A stretch of 64,000 bases of DNA from Girardia tigrina (lineage: Eukaryota). Positions 62,477 through 64,000 of the stretch are shown here, piece by piece (the stretch's first letter is position 1; each line of letters starts with the position of its first letter). Position numbers and translations under genes: made by a program. Location: positions 1-64,000 of the forward strand of contig MQRK01248982.1 in assembly GCA_001938485.1 (NCBI GenBank), written 5' to 3'. The notes beneath the pieces are model-generated. The model had not been told where the DNA came from and ran no database searches. It was given only the letters and a program-made list of their open reading frames with translations.

Positions 62477-64000
62477 AAAGGCAAAAATATAAAGGAAAAT
62501 TTAAAATTCACTGTGAGCAACTAGCTAGCCAATTAGAGCGAGTTAAACGATTGAAATAATTTGATTATGGGACAATTACTCGGCCTGATAACATAACGAT
62601 AATAATAATAATTGTTTTCCAATTGAATTTTATCCATAAATGAATTTTAAATTCATTTTTAAACATAGTTTTCTTATTTAATTCTTTTAAATTATTTTAA
62701 CTTAATTTAAATTATTTAATTTCTTTTAAATTACTTTTATTATTAAATTATATATTATTTCATGTATCTTTTATATAAAGCGACAAATAAATCAGTAATT
62801 GTTAATCAACCAAAGTATTCGAACATAACATACAAAAAATCAATTTTTTGACAAACCTAAAACACAATACTAAATTGAGATTATCTTTTTGACAAGGAGC
62901 AGAAGACTTTAAATATAAATAAAAATATATAAATACAATAAGGACTTCTAACTTAAATTCCGAAACATATTATTTACAGTTTTATTAAGTAAACAAATCG
63001 ATGTTAAATTTAGTAAAAATATTATTTTAAAGCATTTGTTTCAATCAAATTAATGTAATGAAGAAAAAAATATATTCGGAGATTTATTTAAAATTTGGAT
63101 TTTCAATTATTGGTAAGACCTGTCATTGATGAACACAATGTGTTTTATTTAATGCTGTTCTTAGTGTTGAATCTCTGAAACCATCAACGCTCAAACAAGT
63201 CTCTTAGAAACAAAACATTAGAAATATGTTGGAAGACTTGGAATTTTTCAAAAGACACGAGACATCGCATTCCAAAAAGAAGACGTTGCAATTATCCATG
63301 TATCATATTAAATTTCTCTGGAAGTTATAAAATTTTAAAGTTCCATAAAAGAGTATAAACCCTCATTAATGTCGCTTAAATTAGTTTTTAGAGAATCATT
63401 TGAAATTAAAATGGGTAAACATACCTTTGCTCAACAACATAATTCAGAGAAGTATTTCAGACATGTCCATGGACGTGACGGAAATAAAGGAATCCTCATT
63501 ATTTTCCTGTAAATTTTATGAGTCCAATGATGTTACTTCATGTTCCAAATTACTCATCTTCGTGATATATATTCACTTAAATAAAATCAAAAACATTAAT
63601 GATTACACTAACCGACACTCAAATTTAGACAAAGAAGTCTTTATCTCTACTATATGCATAATTTGATGCTGAACACGAATATGATAGTCATTTTCCTCCT
63701 ATACGTCCATATTTTTTGTAAATTGAGAAAAACTGATAATTATATAACTTTTATATTTTAAAGCAAACTTCGATGCTTACACGTTAAAACAATAGAATAA
63801 ATTAATTGTAAATATAGTATAGTATTATTAAATTAATAATTAACTGCCCTTAATTGTATTCTTATTATTCATGTAATATTTTTATATATTTTAAATTATA
63901 ACTTAAAAGAAATTAATTTCTAAAATAGTAAAATAATAGAAAATAGTAAATATTGCATCAAATATATATTAAGAATACAATTTACGGGCAATTAATTATT

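Overview
This is AT-rich, gapped eukaryotic (animal-like) genomic DNA. The window is dominated by one spliced + strand gene that the ORF track mostly misses: a highly divergent NF-kB p105/Relish-type protein. I assembled it by hand from 14 phase-compatible GT-AG exons (6980-59962) plus 2 candidate 5' exons (from 5382), giving 2541 nt or about 846 aa. The domain order is Rel homology domain (GFRFRYQSE), IPT, NLS (PRKRK), acidic linker, ankyrin repeats and a C-terminal death domain. The linker carries a canonical caspase-8 site (IETD|G) followed by a perfect beta-TrCP degron (DSGIHS), which suggests Relish-type cleavage releasing an IkB-like fragment. Introns are either 48-50 nt or 1-13 kb. The long ones are filled with decayed Tc1/mariner, pogo, hAT, MULE, MITE, Gypsy and BEL/Pao elements and with orphan fragments of other host genes (Kaptin-, RhoGEF-, NHE-, Nup214- and 7TM-like). 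The BEL/Pao element in the largest intron is unusual: a ubiquitin-like domain ending in GG precedes Gag, and a ~1150-codon repeat-containing membrane-protein ORF follows pol. All assignments come from manual translation and motif recall; no database searches were run.
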